Source: a virus
Taxonomy: Duplodnaviria; Caudoviricetes
Direction: 5' to 3' (one strand)
Virus record (IMG/VR): IMGVR_UViG_3300040985_000985
Coordinates: 1 to 25,740 of that record
Length of the DNA: 25,740 bases
The translations under genes and the position numbers were made by a program. Under the pieces are notes generated by a model. It saw only the letters and a list, made by a program, of their open reading frames with translations. It had not been told where the DNA came from and ran no database searches. Positions 25,697 to 25,740 of this stretch are shown here, piece after piece; within the stretch, counting starts at the first letter, position 1; each line of letters begins with the position of its first letter.

Positions 25697-25740
25697 CTGT
25701 CTCTTATACACATCTGACGCTGCCGACGATCTTACGCGTG
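25697..25740 (+). other. Illumina Nextera adapter read-through (artefact)
   Basis: CTGTCTCTTATACACATCT (mosaic end) + GACGCTGCCGACGA + 8-nt index TCTTACGC + GTG. Confidence 0.99.

Noticed and set aside
25666-25713. N-terminal extension MCIRDRYRKNERSNPS of the 380-aa ORF
   Set aside because: The start codon lies inside the adapter; the ATG at 25665 has its own GAGGAG SD.
25697-25715. Tn5/IS50-like end suggesting a transposon insertion
   Set aside because: It is the synthetic mosaic end followed by Illumina adapter and index; no transposase is present.

Overview
A GC-rich, partial genome of a tailed dsDNA phage with siphovirus-type gene order (tail tube, frameshifting tail chaperone and tape measure, no sheath), arranged as two convergent arms. 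The + strand arm (163-6145) carries a RecE/ExoVIII-like exonuclease, a Rad50/SbcC-like coiled-coil ATPase, an HTH protein, a DQLNADD-type phage protein and several small accessory genes. The - strand arm (25665 down to 6256) is the morphogenesis and lysis operon: PLD-like/TerS-like protein, TerL, portal, scaffold, major capsid, head-tail and tail genes, a large Asp-box propeller tail protein, tail tip, receptor-binding protein, M15 endolysin and a holin-like protein. I see no integrase, replication gene, tRNA or CRISPR array. The last 44 nt are Nextera adapter, not biology. The most interesting items are: (1) a PLD/HKD-like nuclease domain apparently fused to the small terminase; (2) a Rad50-like ATPase with no Mre11/SbcD partner, a degenerate active site and an SSB-like acidic tail (EDDDVCPF); (3) a pseudoknot-like leader that can bury the capsid gene RBS; (4) a -1 frameshift product missed by the ORF track; (5) a nested-domain tail protein and a compositionally foreign receptor-binding domain. 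All product calls come from motif recognition and synteny; no database search was run.
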